From positions 192,001-256,000 of the forward strand of contig JAUVXW010000001.1 in the NCBI GenBank assembly GCA_030603385.1: a stretch of 64,000 nucleotides of DNA. The letters are read 5' to 3'. Of this stretch, positions 20,712-33,363 are shown piece by piece; the first letter of the stretch is position 1; every line of letters begins with the position of its first letter. The notes below the pieces were generated by a model, which ran no database searches, was not told the origin of the DNA, and saw only the letters and a program-made list of their open reading frames with translations. Made by a program: the position numbers and the translations under genes. The DNA is from Promethearchaeota archaeon (GTDB lineage Archaea; Asgardarchaeota; Lokiarchaeia; Sigyniarchaeales; SOKP01).

Positions 20712-22184
20712 CTAATTATTTTCTTTACTAAGTTGTGATATTTTTTTTCCAAATTCAAATAATTTTAAGAAGGATTTAGCCGCTGCTTCAAGAGAGGGAT
20801 AAACAAGGAAATTATCCTTAAGAAGCATATCAACAAAAATTTTGCCAGATTCACTAGGATACTGATGTAAAATGATCATCATAGTTTTATTTTGTTTTTC
20901 TACATAATCTCTTATTTCTAATAAGTTATTATAATACCCTTTAAAGCGTCTACCTTCTATATCTTTCCAAGCATCTGTTTCTAATATTATCAAACTTATG
21001 TTTTCATCAATTGCAGCCTTGGTCACATCTACAAGTTCTTTTTGATATGTTACAAATGGTAAATCTAAAGGATTTGACAAACTACCTATTCGTATTGGAT
21101 AGATATTAGTGAGTTTTTCCAAAGTTTCACCTTTAAAGTGAGGGACTTCAAACCCCATTTCTATTAAGGTATCCGTTGCTAAGATTCCAAACCCACCAGA
21201 CCATAATATAATTAAGACCCTTTTATTGCTTGGATATTCAATCTCCCTTTCAAGCTTCTTGAATCGTTTAAAATAAGAAGAAAATAAATAAGTATCATCA
21301 ATTAATTCATCCAGAGAGGAAGAAGCCTCAATAATAGGCGTTTGCTTAAACACAGCATTCCATATATTCTTCTTAGTTGCCATAGATCCTGTATGTGATA
21401 ATACTGCAGTTTGGCCTCTTTCAGTTTTTCCTCCTCTCATAAATAAAACTGGTTTTTTCATACCTTTTAAAACTTTAAATAAATTTTTTCCTTCATCCTT
21501 ATGAATTGGGGAAATTCCTTCAAAGTATACGCAAATTACATCCGTATCCTTATCATCATTCAAATATTGTAAAACCTCAGAAATTTGAATATCAACACAA
21601 TTACCAATACTTACTCCAATTGAAAATCGAAGGTGATATCTCCTAGATCCAAATTTAATCATTTTTGAATGTAAATCTCCCGATTGAAAAATCAGACCAA
21701 TATTTCCATGTTCTTCTGGAAATGAAGAATAGTAAGCTGTTTTTCCTTGTGGACTATAAATTCCCATGCAATTTGGACCGATACTTCTTGTATTTTTGTA
21801 ATCATCTAATATTTCTTTTATTTTGTATTCAATTTCAGTACCAGTTTTATCAAATTCACCTGTTCCTGCAGTAAATATATGAATAAAATTCACTTTCTTT
21901 TTTGAAAGAACCTCTTGTAAAGCTTGAACAAGAAGGTCTCTTCTAATAGATAATATCAAAAGATCAATTTTATCTACGGGAATTTCATCAATGGATTTAT
22001 AGCACTTAAGCCCTAAGAAACTTTCCTCTTTGGGAGAAACTAAATATAAATTTTCTAGATTAAATCCCTGTCTTCTAAATCCTTTTACAAAGAAATCGAC
22101 AGTTCTACTAACTCTATATATGACAACATTTTTTGGTTTAAACAGCAATTCTAAAGATTGGTTATTATCATCTGACTCCAACAT
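20712..22184 (-). CDS. Acyl-CoA synthetase (NDP-forming) alpha-like, CoA-binding protein
   Basis: IGPNCMG, QSG, SIGN, SHTGS (phospho-His), SGGFG, NPLD. Confidence 0.88.
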   Translation of the reverse strand: MLESDDNNQSLELLFKPKNVVIYRVSRTVDFFVKGFRRQGFNLENLYLVSPKEESFLGLKCYKSIDEIPVDKIDLLILSIRRDLLVQALQEVLSKKKVNFIHIFTAGTGEFDKTGTEIEYKIKEILDDYKNTRSIGPNCMGIYSPQGKTAYYSSFPEEHGNIGLIFQSGDLHSKMIKFGSRRYHLRFSIGVSIGNCVDIQISEVLQYLNDDKDTDVICVYFEGISPIHKDEGKNLFKVLKGMKKPVLFMRGGKTERGQTAVLSHTGSMATKKNIWNAVFKQTPIIEASSSLDELIDDTYLFSSYFKRFKKLEREIEYPSNKRVLIILWSGGFGILATDTLIEMGFEVPHFKGETLEKLTNIYPIRIGSLSNPLDLPFVTYQKELVDVTKAAIDENISLIILETDAWKDIEGRRFKGYYNNLLEIRDYVEKQNKTMMIILHQYPSESGKIFVDMLLKDNFLVYPSLEAAAKSFLKLFEFGKKISQLSKENN

Positions 22185-22773
22185 TTTCCTCAGATTTTAG
22201 TATTAATTTTGTATTACAATTATAACAATATATAGGAGTTGAATTAAATTCTGTTCCACAATTAGGACACTTTGATCTTATATTGCTTATGATAACGTTT
22301 AAATCCTCTATTTGTTCCTCAATTTTAACTTTTGTAATCTTTTTTAATGTCAAAGATATTCCTATGGAAACTATGACAATTAATAATATTAGTAAGATCG
22401 AATGTAGAATATGAAAAGAAAATTTGGAATCAAAATAATCTCTTGAATAACGGTAAAGAAAAATATACACAAAAAAATTTGGAAAGAAGAAAGTCATTAT
22501 ATTCATTGAATAAGCTTTTTTAAATTCATTATATAAGAAAATAGGAATGATTGACACCAAGATCCAAATAAAGTACATAAATAACAAACCAGATAAATCA
22601 TTAAATAAAACATAATTCGCTATGAATTGGGTAATCCTTTTCTGAGCACTTGAAGCATCAATATCAAAAATTATATTAAACTGATAGCCAAAATAAAATA
22701 TAAATAAACTCAGAATAAGAATCTGAATAATAAAGAGAATAATTTTACTCCGAAAAAAATCGATTATCTTCAT
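22168..22773 (-). CDS. Membrane protein with C-terminal zinc ribbon
   Basis: About 4 TM segments, then CPNCG...CYNC. Confidence 0.75.
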   Translation of the reverse strand: MKIIDFFRSKIILFIIQILILSLFIFYFGYQFNIIFDIDASSAQKRITQFIANYVLFNDLSGLLFMYFIWILVSIIPIFLYNEFKKAYSMNIMTFFFPNFFVYIFLYRYSRDYFDSKFSFHILHSILLILLIVIVSIGISLTLKKITKVKIEEQIEDLNVIISNIRSKCPNCGTEFNSTPIYCYNCNTKLILKSEENVGVR

Positions 22774-22940
22774 TATTAATTATTTAAATTATAACCAAAA
22801 ATTAAACTCTTTTAAACTTCAATTGAAATTCTCGCTGAAAATGATAAAATTTTTATTTTTAAATAAAACCACTTAGTATTTTCTTCTAATAGGTTCAACT
22901 CATATTTATTAAAAAACTCTGAAGGTGATTTCTTTATCTA

Positions 22941-23963
22941 TTATAACGTGTGATTATTTCTTTTCTTTTTTAATGTTCTATACACAGTACCTATTATTAA
23001 AATAAATAATGAACTAACTAGGAGTCCAATGTCATATCCTGGAATCTTTACGCTACTCGTATTTCGCTCTGGACATTCTATTAATGGATAATTATCTTGA
23101 TTTCCTGCAGAGCCAGAAATATTATAGGGAATATCCCCAATACCATCATCATCCACATCATTGTAAGGATAATCATCCCAATAATTTCCTATAATTCCAT
23201 TATCCCAATAATTGTTAATACCATCATCTAATGCATTAGAAGTATTATTAAGACAATTTAAGTATACCTGATTATTCGAAGTATTAGAATATAAAGCGAT
23301 CCCATAATTTCCATTATCCTTGATAATATTCTCCGAAATGACATTATTCTCACAACCAGGATGCAAACATATTCCAACATCTAGGTTACCTGACACAATA
23401 TTGTGTGAAATTGTATTATTACGAGTGTGACCACCCGAAGCATCTAATATTATTCCAAAAACTAATCCGTTTGAAGCATTATTATTTGAAATTATATTGT
23501 AGCTTGAATTTCCCATATATATTAATGCTCCTGTATTTACTGCCATACTATTCTCCGTTATTTTACCATTAGAAACATTCCCTAGTACAATTCCTGGATA
23601 TCCAGATGATATGAAATGGCAATCTTTTATTATAAAATACTTCATAGAATTGCTAATAATTAAGGGGATGGTAGGAATGCTGGGAATATTGAAGATATGA
23701 TTCTTTATAATAAATGGATTACTTGATGTTCCAGATCCAGTACAATAACCTTGATCTTTTGCCCAGCTCCAATTTGTAAGGCTCCCAGGAAGGTCGTTTA
23801 TCCATATTGGAGTATCATATATTGTAGAAATTTGTGGAATATCTTTTCTAGAAATTTCCTCAGATTTATGATGTATAATGTATGGAATGCTGAAATAGAG
23901 AGGAGGTATAAACAAAGTCACTATTAGTGAATAAACTAAGAATCTTTTTGCATTTATTTTCAT
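22941..23963 (-). CDS. Cell-surface NosD/CASH beta-helix protein with IPGY-TM-basic (Loki-CTERM-like) anchor
   Basis: N-terminal TM, GSGTSSNPFII, Asn-rich beta-helix repeats, GNYWDDY...DGIGDIPY...DNYPL, C-terminal IPGY + TM + KKKR. Confidence 0.85.
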   Translation of the reverse strand: MKINAKRFLVYSLIVTLFIPPLYFSIPYIIHHKSEEISRKDIPQISTIYDTPIWINDLPGSLTNWSWAKDQGYCTGSGTSSNPFIIKNHIFNIPSIPTIPLIISNSMKYFIIKDCHFISSGYPGIVLGNVSNGKITENSMAVNTGALIYMGNSSYNIISNNNASNGLVFGIILDASGGHTRNNTISHNIVSGNLDVGICLHPGCENNVISENIIKDNGNYGIALYSNTSNNQVYLNCLNNTSNALDDGINNYWDNGIIGNYWDDYPYNDVDDDGIGDIPYNISGSAGNQDNYPLIECPERNTSSVKIPGYDIGLLVSSLFILIIGTVYRTLKKKRNNHTL

Positions 23964-24216
23964 TAATCTAAACCGATTTAAGTCTTAAATTTTATTTGGA
24001 TTATAGTTTAATCAAATGATTTTATTTATTAATATTCCTATTATTAACTTTTTTTGAAATTCTATTTCAATAACTGGTCAGTCTTTTAATAAACTCCTTT
24101 TTTAACGATTTTGAATTCAATTTTTCTATTAACATAGATGCAATCCTAAGGTTCTTCTTTTCCAAAAAACTGTTAATTAGGATTGTTAGAGTTGCATCTA
24201 AATTAGTTTTTTATTA

Positions 24217-24507
24217 ATGTATGATATTACAAATGCTCAAACGTTAAAGCGATTATCTGAGTGGGTTCAACTAGCGAAGAACTATAAAGAGGATGTCCCA
24301 ATTTTATTAGTGGGAAATAAAATTGATTTGGAACAGAAAAGAGAAGTCTCTAAAGAGCAAATTGAAAGATTTAAAGTAAATAACAAAATATCAGAATCGA
24401 TGGAGATCTCTCTAGAAACGGGAGAAAATGTGGAAGAGATGTTTTTGAGACTTACAAAAATGCTTCTAAACAAATTAGATGGGAAAAAAAGGAAAAAAAG
24501 GAAATAA
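24217..24507 (+). pseudogene. C-terminal half of a small GTPase (5'-truncated)
   Basis: YDITN, PILLVGNKID (G4), EISLETGENVEE (G5); no G1-G3 in the upstream sequence. Confidence 0.8.
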
Positions 24508-24824
24508 TAGAATTCCTTTAGCAATATTAAAATGAGGATATATATTGGATGTTTCAAGGATAATACAAGGAAATCTTGTTTTATAAGAATAGAAACTCAA
24601 AAATATATAAGATACATTAACTTTTACGATAAAACCAAATTATGGGATATAAAAAAATACAGAGATGGTAAGGAAACTATAGAGAAAAAAGGAACCAAAT
24701 GGATAAATATAAGGAAGGTAAATATAAGGAGTTGAATAAATAAATGAGTGAATTAAGAGAGAAAGTTTTAAGACAAAATGCAATTATAAAACCTTTTTAA
24801 GAAAAGAGCAGGAAGTGAGTAAAA

Positions 24825-25433
24825 TTGGATGATAAAATCAAGAAATTATTGAATTCTGTGAGAGAACTTGGAGATAAGTTAAGAAATGAATCTTTAAAAA
24901 AAAGAGAGAGATTGAAACTCGAAAGGGAATGGAAATTAAAAGATCAGGAGTTAATGAATTATACGAGAAAACTTGAAATGAAAATGAGGGAATCAGAAAT
25001 GGATAGGAGAACTGAAGAGATAAAGAGACTTAGGGAAGAATATAAAAAAATAATGAAAATATCATATAATTCACATCCTAATATAGATCACAGTTGGAAT
25101 CCTTTAAGAATACAACGTACAATTGAAGAAGTATATAAGAAAGCTCAAGAAAAAGAGTTGGATAAAAACAACTTAATGAAAGAGAGTCCTATGATAAAAG
25201 TAAAAGATGAAAAATTTAAAAGATGGCTATTGCGTTATCGATTTAAGGAATTAGCAAAAATAACTCCTGATCCGAAGGCAGTTAGAACTATGCTTTTGGC
25301 TTTTAAAGATTGGGATGAAGGGAAAATTGATATGGAGATGTTAAAAAAAATTTTTGACGAATGTAAAAATCCAAAATTTAATCCTGATGAATTTTTGAAA
25401 AAATATCCTATATTTAAACCAAAAAAGAAATAG
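24825..25433 (+). CDS. Hypothetical charged coiled-coil protein
   Basis: 202-aa ORF rich in K/E; overlaps the start of the next ORF. Confidence 0.6.
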   Translation: MDDKIKKLLNSVRELGDKLRNESLKKRERLKLEREWKLKDQELMNYTRKLEMKMRESEMDRRTEEIKRLREEYKKIMKISYNSHPNIDHSWNPLRIQRTIEEVYKKAQEKELDKNNLMKESPMIKVKDEKFKRWLLRYRFKELAKITPDPKAVRTMLLAFKDWDEGKIDMEMLKKIFDECKNPKFNPDEFLKKYPIFKPKKK

Positions 25434-27685
25434 TGAGTTCAGAATCGCAAAAGCAAAGCCATTCAACTGAAGAAGCTGATAATAAAAGCGAAAGTGAAAC
25501 GGTTTCAAAGAATACGTTAGATTTAAGAGAAAAATACAGGCAAAAAACAGGGAAGAGACCGATTTACAATAAAAAGGAGACTAAAGGTTTTCTCTCGTGG
25601 TTAGAAAGACAAAAGAAATTAGCCCTAAAAATGAAACAAGAAAAGAAGGAAGAACAAATCGGGGAAACAAAGGAAGCGTGGCAAATCCTCTTAGAAAAAT
25701 GGGTATGGGAAGCTAACGGATCTAAAATCTCAAAAGAAGTTAATGAAGAGCTTATAGATATTATTAGGAAATATTAAAAGTTTAGAAATATATATCTGAA
25801 ATTGATTAATTTACTCGAAAAAAGAAATCTAACTAAAGAAGAAGATGAAGCTATTGAAAAATTGTTTAAAAAACTTGAACAAGTAAGTCGAATTCAAGCG
25901 AATATGTTTACAAATCTCAGAGCCTTTCGATCATTATATAATCAATATCATATATGGGACATGAATCGAATTTTAAAAGAGCGTGAATAATTCATAAAAC
26001 ACCTTAATCAGAAGTTACAGAATCTTAAAATTGATGAAGCGACCCCGCAAGTTGTTAAAAAATATTGGAAGGAGATTTTAAAAGAAAATTTACATAAAAT
26101 AACAACTTTAAGTTTGAATCAAAAATCACAAATTGTTAAGATCATCCAAAAAGATACATTAAATGAAGAAGACAAGAGAGAATTCGTCTCAGTTCTAAAA
26201 AAACTTCCAATAGAGGATTTGATTTCGTTATTAGGAAAGGATTTTGAAAAACACTCAAAAAATTATGTAAAATGGGATTGGGACTTCTATGAATATATTA
26301 AAAAAGATATGCTTACTTCTTACATAAAGAAAAATGAATCAATTTTGTTTTTAGAAAAAAATGTTTCTGTAGAAACACAGAATGACAAACGCACGGATTA
26401 TTCTACCCTTCAATTTATTGATAATCTTATTAGGGAAATCACAAATATTGCTCCTTCAGACTTAGTCAGGATTAGTGGTAAGAGTGCTGGTAAGATTTCG
26501 TTAACTTGGGTCAGTAAAAATATATTTAAGAGACCTGGTGGCTATTTATCAAAAGTTCGCCAGTGGATTTTAAATCCTAACAATGATAATTATAATCCAG
26601 AATTTAAATTCGCTTTATCTGATTTAGATACTGTGATGGAAAGCTTAAAGTATTATGCTAGAGAGTGGCGAGAATCTATTAAGGAGTGTTGTGTAATTTT
26701 TGATTTATATTCTCTTTTAAATAACTTAAAACAAGTTCCTAATCAACAATTTCATATTTATAACCCAAATCTCAACTTTAGGTTCTTTAGTAATATTAAC
26801 GATAGAGTCAATAGTAAAAAAACCAACTATTGGCTTGGGTTTTTATGTGCAGATGGCTATACCCAAAAGGGATATTCATTAGGTATAACTTTATCACGTA
26901 AAGATCGAGATCAATTAATTAGATTTTGTCAGGATATAGGTTTAAATCCTTCACAAAAGGTAAAGAATTTTGAGAGGGAACTCAATGGAAAAATATACGA
27001 ACAATCAAGAGTGACATTTGGTTGCAAGCCTATGATTATTAATCTCTTAGAATTAAATTATAAGGAAGTTCCAGAGTTTATTAAAATTTCTAGGGACGCT
27101 TCAAATGATTCAGATGCATTAGCTTGGTTATTTGGATTATATGACGGTGATGGTCAACAAGGAAAGACTTCAATTTACTCTACTAAACGTCAACTTTTAG
27201 AACAAATCAGAACTAGTTTTAACGTTCCTAATGAAGTGTATAAAGCTAAAGATCCAAGAATAGAGTTAGATGTCTACGGATATCCTAAACTTGACTCACA
27301 TGGTGACCCTGTATTAACTAAGACTCTTTATGTTTTACGCTTGGGTCCAAGTTTATTTAATAAAATTATGGATAATTATAGAGATAGTATGCCAAGAAAG
27401 AGGAAATACTTTGATGAAAGAATAGATGCTGCAATAAAATTAAAAAGATTATTCAGTAATAAAAGAGAACTTCTTCAAGGCTTAGTGGACCAGCTTCCAA
27501 CCACTCAAATCTTGTTAATATTACAAAAAACCATTGGTGTATCTCGAAACGCGTTATATAATTTGATAGTTGAATGGAATATTGTTCTTCCTCCTGTTGG
27601 ATATTGGAATACTAAAGAGGGGAAGAGTAAAAAACAGTTCCCTCAGTGGTTTATTGATACCGTGGGTTATATTGGTGAAATATAG
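25433..27685 (+). pseudogene. About 750-codon gene with C-terminal two-motif LAGLIDADG-like domain, interrupted by two in-frame TAA
   Basis: ORFs 25433, 25802 and 26114 are in one frame, separated only by TAA 25775-77 and TAA 25988-90; motifs YWLGFLCADG and AWLFGLYDGDG; the 26114-27685 part is still open. Confidence 0.7.
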
Positions 27686-27870
27686 CTAAAATTATAAATT
27701 TGAAAATCACAAATTTTTTATCTTTTGGTGTATTTTTTTTCTTACAGTGAAAAGCTTGTCACCTTTTTTCTTTAAAAATTGTCTTATTAAAATTATAAGA
27801 GGATGTTTTCTTCCATGAAGGATCCTTTTGTTCTTAAAAAAAATAACGCTTATAGAGGTATTTTAAATAT

Positions 27871-27876
27871 GGAGGT
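27871..27876 (+). promoter_or_regulatory. Shine-Dalgarno GGAGGT of rpoA'
   Basis: Ends 9 nt before ATG 27886, supporting it as the true start. Confidence 0.75.
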
Positions 27877-27885
27877 ATGTAGTTC

Positions 27886-30873
27886 ATGAGCTATACGTTC
27901 TCACGCACTAAAATGATAGAAAAAATCAAGTTTGGTTTGCTTAGTCCAGATGAAATTCGTAAGATGTCTGCTGCCCGAATTATTACGGCTGACACTTATG
28001 ATGAGGACGGACTCTGAATTTTATTTCGGAATTCAGACGTAATTCCCATCCCATCTGGCTTAATGGACCAACGGCTCGGAACGATTGAGCCTGGTCAAAG
28101 ATGTCAGACATGTGGTAATTTAGTTTCAAATTGTATGGGTCATTTTGGCCATATAGAATTAGCACGTCCCGTTATTCATGTAGGATACTCAAAGAAAGTT
28201 TTAAAAGTGTTACGCAGTATCTGTCCGGATTGCTCTCGTTTAATGCTAACTGAAGAGGAAAAAGAGGAATTCAGACAAGAGCAAATAAAACATAGAAAGA
28301 TTTTTTTCGAGGGGGATGAAGAAGCTTCGAAACTCGTATTTAAACGTGCCAGAAAAGCTAAAAATTGTCCTTATTGCGGTACTAAGAAGAAAAAAATTAT
28401 TATTGAGAAACCTACCACATTTTATGAAGAAGAAGAAGGAAAAGGTTCCCGCAGAATAACACCTATAGAGATTCTAGAACGTCTTAAGAAGATGAGTGAT
28501 GTTGATCTTAGAATCTTAGGTATTTCCCCTGAAAATGCTAGACTTGAGTGGGTAATTTTTACCGTGCTCCCTATCCCCCCTGTATGTGCAAGACCATCAA
28601 TTACTTTAGATAGTGGTATCCGTTCTGAAGATGATCTAACACATAAATTAGTAGATGTTATACGAATTAATCAAAGATTAAGAGAAAATATTGATGCAGG
28701 AGCACCTCATTTAATTGTAGAAGATCTTTGGGAATTATTACAATATCATATTACCACATATTTTGATAATCAAGTTTCTGGGATACCACCTGCAAGACAT
28801 CGTTCTGGAAGAGCCCTTAGAACCCTAACTCAAAGATTAAAAGGTAAAGAGGGTAGATTTAGAAGTAATTTAAGTGGCAAAAGAGTGGATTTTTCTGCGA
28901 GAAGTGTAATTTCGCCTAATCCATATATAAGTATAAATGAAGTAGGTGTACCTATAGAGATAGCGAAAATTTTAACTATCCCCACTAATGTTAATGATTG
29001 GAATATTGAAGAAATGAAACAAATGGTCCTAAATGGACCTGTTCATCATCCTGGAGCTAATTACATCATACGGAGTGATCGTAGAAGAATTGACCTACGT
29101 TATGTTAAAAATAGAAAAATTATTGCAGATATGTTAGCACCAGGATTCACTGTTGAGCGTCATTTGGATGATGGAGACTTAGTATTATTTAATCGTCAAC
29201 CATCGCTCCATAGAATGTCGATAATGGCACATGAAGTAAAAATCATGGAAGGGCGAACTTTTAGATTAAATTTAACTGTATGCCCTCCTTATAACGCTGA
29301 TTTCGATGGAGATGAAATGAATTTACATGTACCTCAAAGTGAAGAGGCTCGAACAGAAGCAGAATTGCTTCTTAAAGTACAAAACCACATATTGTCACCC
29401 CGTTTTGGAGGTCCAATTTTAGGAGGAATTCAAGATTTTATTTCAAGTGTTTTTCAATTTACGAGTAAAAACTCTCTATACAATAAAAAAGAGGCATTAA
29501 ACTTATTTTATATTGGAGGGATATTTGAAGATAAACCTGATTTTAGTTTAGAACAATTAACTCCTATAACAACTGATCCAGAACCTTTATATTCTGGTAA
29601 AGATATATTCAGTAGCTTATTTCCTGATGATTTAAACTTAAAAGTTAAATCAAAATTTTGTAAAAAATGTGACGTATGTGAAGAAGAAAACTGCGCTTAT
29701 GATGCTTATGTTGTAATTAAAAATGGAAGGCTAATAACTGGAACAATAGATGAAAATTCCTTCGGTGCTATGCAACCAAATAGTATCTTGGCGCGAATTA
29801 TTAAGGATCATGGAAATGCGCGTGGTAGACAGTTTTTAGATAGCGCTACTAAACTGTTGCTGGGCGTTATTCGGAAAAATGGTATGACAATGGGATTGGA
29901 TGAGGTTTATGTACATGGTCATGCATATGATGTAATTGAAAAAATATTAAAGGACGGAAATGAAGAGTCTAACAAACTAATAAAAGCCTTTCGTGAAAAT
30001 GATACTACTATTCTTAAAAGAGCACCTGGCCGTTCTATGAGAGAAACTTTGGAATTGAGAATACGCGGGGCATTGGCAGAGGCCCAAAAAGAAGCAATAG
30101 AATCAGCAGCTGATTTCATAGGAGATGAAGCACACTCAGTTATTATGACTAAATCTGGAGCAAGAGGAAATTTATTAAACTTAGGAATGATGTCTGCTGT
30201 TGTGGGACAACAAGCTATAAGAGGTGAAAGAATTAACAGAGGTTATGTAGGGAGTAGGAGAACATTACCTCATTTTAAAGTTGACGACCTTTCACCAAAA
30301 TCTAGAGGTTTTGTATCTTCATCTTATCGAAATGGGTTAAAACCTGTAGAATTCTTCTTTCATGCAATGGGTGGGAGAGAAGGACTCGTTGATACAGCAG
30401 TAAGAACATCTCAGAGTGGATATATGCAGAGAAGATTAGTAAATGCATTACAAGATATGGTTGTAGAAAATGACGGAACTGTTAGAAATTCTGACAAGAA
30501 CATAATTCAGTTTAAATTTGGCGACGATGGTATAGATGCAATGCATACTGATCATGGTTCAGCAGTAAATTTGGATGTGTTATTATTAAAAGCAAAAGCT
30601 CTTGATGTAGGAGAGATTCGTGAAGAAATTAAGCAAGAATCTATCTCTCGAAAAGCTACTTCTAAAGCAAAAAAAGCTATTGATGTGAAACCTAAGGAAA
30701 AGGCTCCTCCAAAAGAAAAGCCCAAAAAAGAAATAAAACCTAAAAAAAAAGAAAAGGTTCATGATGAAGATACATCGATAAAGCAATTTGAAGACGAAAC
30801 TGGAAAGAAGGCTATTTGGAGAGGGAAAGAAACAAAAGCTTATATAGATTGGAAGCAAGAAAAATTAGGATAA
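27886..30873 (+). CDS. rpo1N: RNA polymerase subunit A' (Rpo1N), two exons (27886-28012 + 28043-30873), about 985 aa spliced
   Basis: Exon 1 encodes [42 protein letters not shown]; exon 2 [12 protein letters not shown]..., [28 protein letters not shown]. Confidence 0.95.
28013..28042 (+). other. Predicted 30-nt BHB intron in rpoA' mRNA
   Basis: In-frame TGA 28015-17 inside hairpin CUGAAUU/AAUUCAG; central helix ACGG/ACGU (3 of 4 bp), bulges ACU and AAU; excision gives DEDG-L-PIP. Confidence 0.8.
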
Positions 30874-30925
30874 GATAGAAATCAGAACATTTTGTAGTGT
30901 AAAATAAAATTTGTAAGGTTTATAG

Positions 30926-32125
<1,200 letters not shown>

Positions 32126-32216
32126 AACTCTTTTTGAAAGAATAAAATACACCAAAAAAAACTTAAACATTAAATTATTATTATTACTAATTATATAGAC
32201 ACGATTTGAAAATATC

Positions 32217-32588
32217 ATGGCAAAGAAGAAAATTGAAGGCATTACGGAAAAGGTTGATTTATCGCGCAAGAAAAAGAAGGAATTTGATGTTGATACAAAT
32301 ATTAGAGTAGCATATAAAACTGGTAAATTTGTCTATGGGAGAAATAGTGTATTAAAACATCTTAGAGAAAGTCTCTTCAAACTATTAATTATCGCAAATA
32401 ATTGCCCCGCAGAATTTGAAAGTCAATTAAACTATTACATTTCCCTTATGAAGGATAAAATATATATTCATAAGTATAAAGGATCTTCTTGGGATCTCGG
32501 TTTAGCTTGTGCGAAACCTTACATGATCTCTGTTATTGGAGTTGTTCATGAAGGAGATTCAGATCTCTTAACTTTAAAGACTATATGA
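32217..32588 (+). CDS. rpl30e: 50S ribosomal protein L30e
   Basis: KTGK, IIANNCP, GSSWDLGLACAKPY, EGDSDLL. Confidence 0.95.
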   Translation: MAKKKIEGITEKVDLSRKKKKEFDVDTNIRVAYKTGKFVYGRNSVLKHLRESLFKLLIIANNCPAEFESQLNYYISLMKDKIYIHKYKGSSWDLGLACAKPYMISVIGVVHEGDSDLLTLKTI

Positions 32589-32615
32589 AAATAATTACAA
32601 TTATGGATTTTATTT

Positions 32616-33092
32616 ATGCTAAAAAAAAATATTAAGATTGATAGAGAAGCAATGGAACTTATCTCGTTGTTTAATAATATCTCAGGAGCAATTATAAAGG
32701 ATTGTCTAGTATTTAGAAATCTGGAAAATAATTCTGAAGTTATTATCTTTCTTGTAAAGGAAGAAGATGTAGGAAAGGCTATTGGAAAAGCAGGTGAACA
32801 TGTTAAAGATTTAAAATCAAAACTTAATAAAAAAATTGATGTAATTGCGTTTTCAGAAGATCTTAATAAATTTATTCAAAATATTTTACAAACTACCAAA
32901 AATTCTATCGTGGTTCAAAATATTGAAATAAAAGATAGCAGAAACTTAAAGAAAACAGTTATTATAACTGTACGACCTCAAGATCGTGGAAAAGCAATTG
33001 GTAAAGAAGGATCCATGATAAGAAAAATCAAAGAACTAGTTCTAAGGTATTTTGACGTTGATAACGTAATTATTAATACGAAAAATATCTGA
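32616..33092 (+). CDS. nusA: Archaeal NusA (two KH domains)
   Basis: GKAIGKAG and GKAIGKEG KH motifs; position in the operon. Confidence 0.94.
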   Translation: MLKKNIKIDREAMELISLFNNISGAIIKDCLVFRNLENNSEVIIFLVKEEDVGKAIGKAGEHVKDLKSKLNKKIDVIAFSEDLNKFIQNILQTTKNSIVVQNIEIKDSRNLKKTVIITVRPQDRGKAIGKEGSMIRKIKELVLRYFDVDNVIINTKNI

Positions 33093-33156
33093 TTCTTATT
33101 GCTTAAAAATTATACTTCAAGAAATCCCTTCTGAGAAAGCAAAAATCTCATTATGA

Positions 33157-33363
33157 TCTGGAAGTGATCATCTAGTGTTTCAGGCTTCTATAAAAAAAGC
33201 AGAGAAGAAAGGTTTTCAAGTAACCTGCTTTCTATCAAATAAGGATTCAAAATATATACATTCTAAAAAGGATATACCTGAATTATGTTCTGTTGAAAAT
33301 CTAAATGGATGCATAGAAATTTGTTATAATGCAATAAAAAGCCTTGATCTGAGAATTGAATAA
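33157..33363 (+). pseudogene. C-terminal remnant of an M28-family peptidase
   Basis: The frame reads *SGSDHLVFQ...YIHSKKD (SDH and H-x3-D motifs), preceded by TGA 33154-56. Confidence 0.55.

Noticed and set aside
25775-25990. BHB introns or recoding at the two TAA codons of the LAGLIDADG gene
   Set aside because: No hairpin or BHB seen around either stop; they look like point nonsense mutations.
28015-28017. Selenocysteine read-through of the rpoA' TGA
   Set aside because: The TGA is in a 10-codon insertion rather than at a Cys position, no SECIS was seen after the gene, and the parallel uvrB case uses TAA.
28063-30873. rpoA' starting at Met 28063 as in the ORF track
   Set aside because: It omits the conserved N-terminus encoded in frame from 27886 with a strong RBS.
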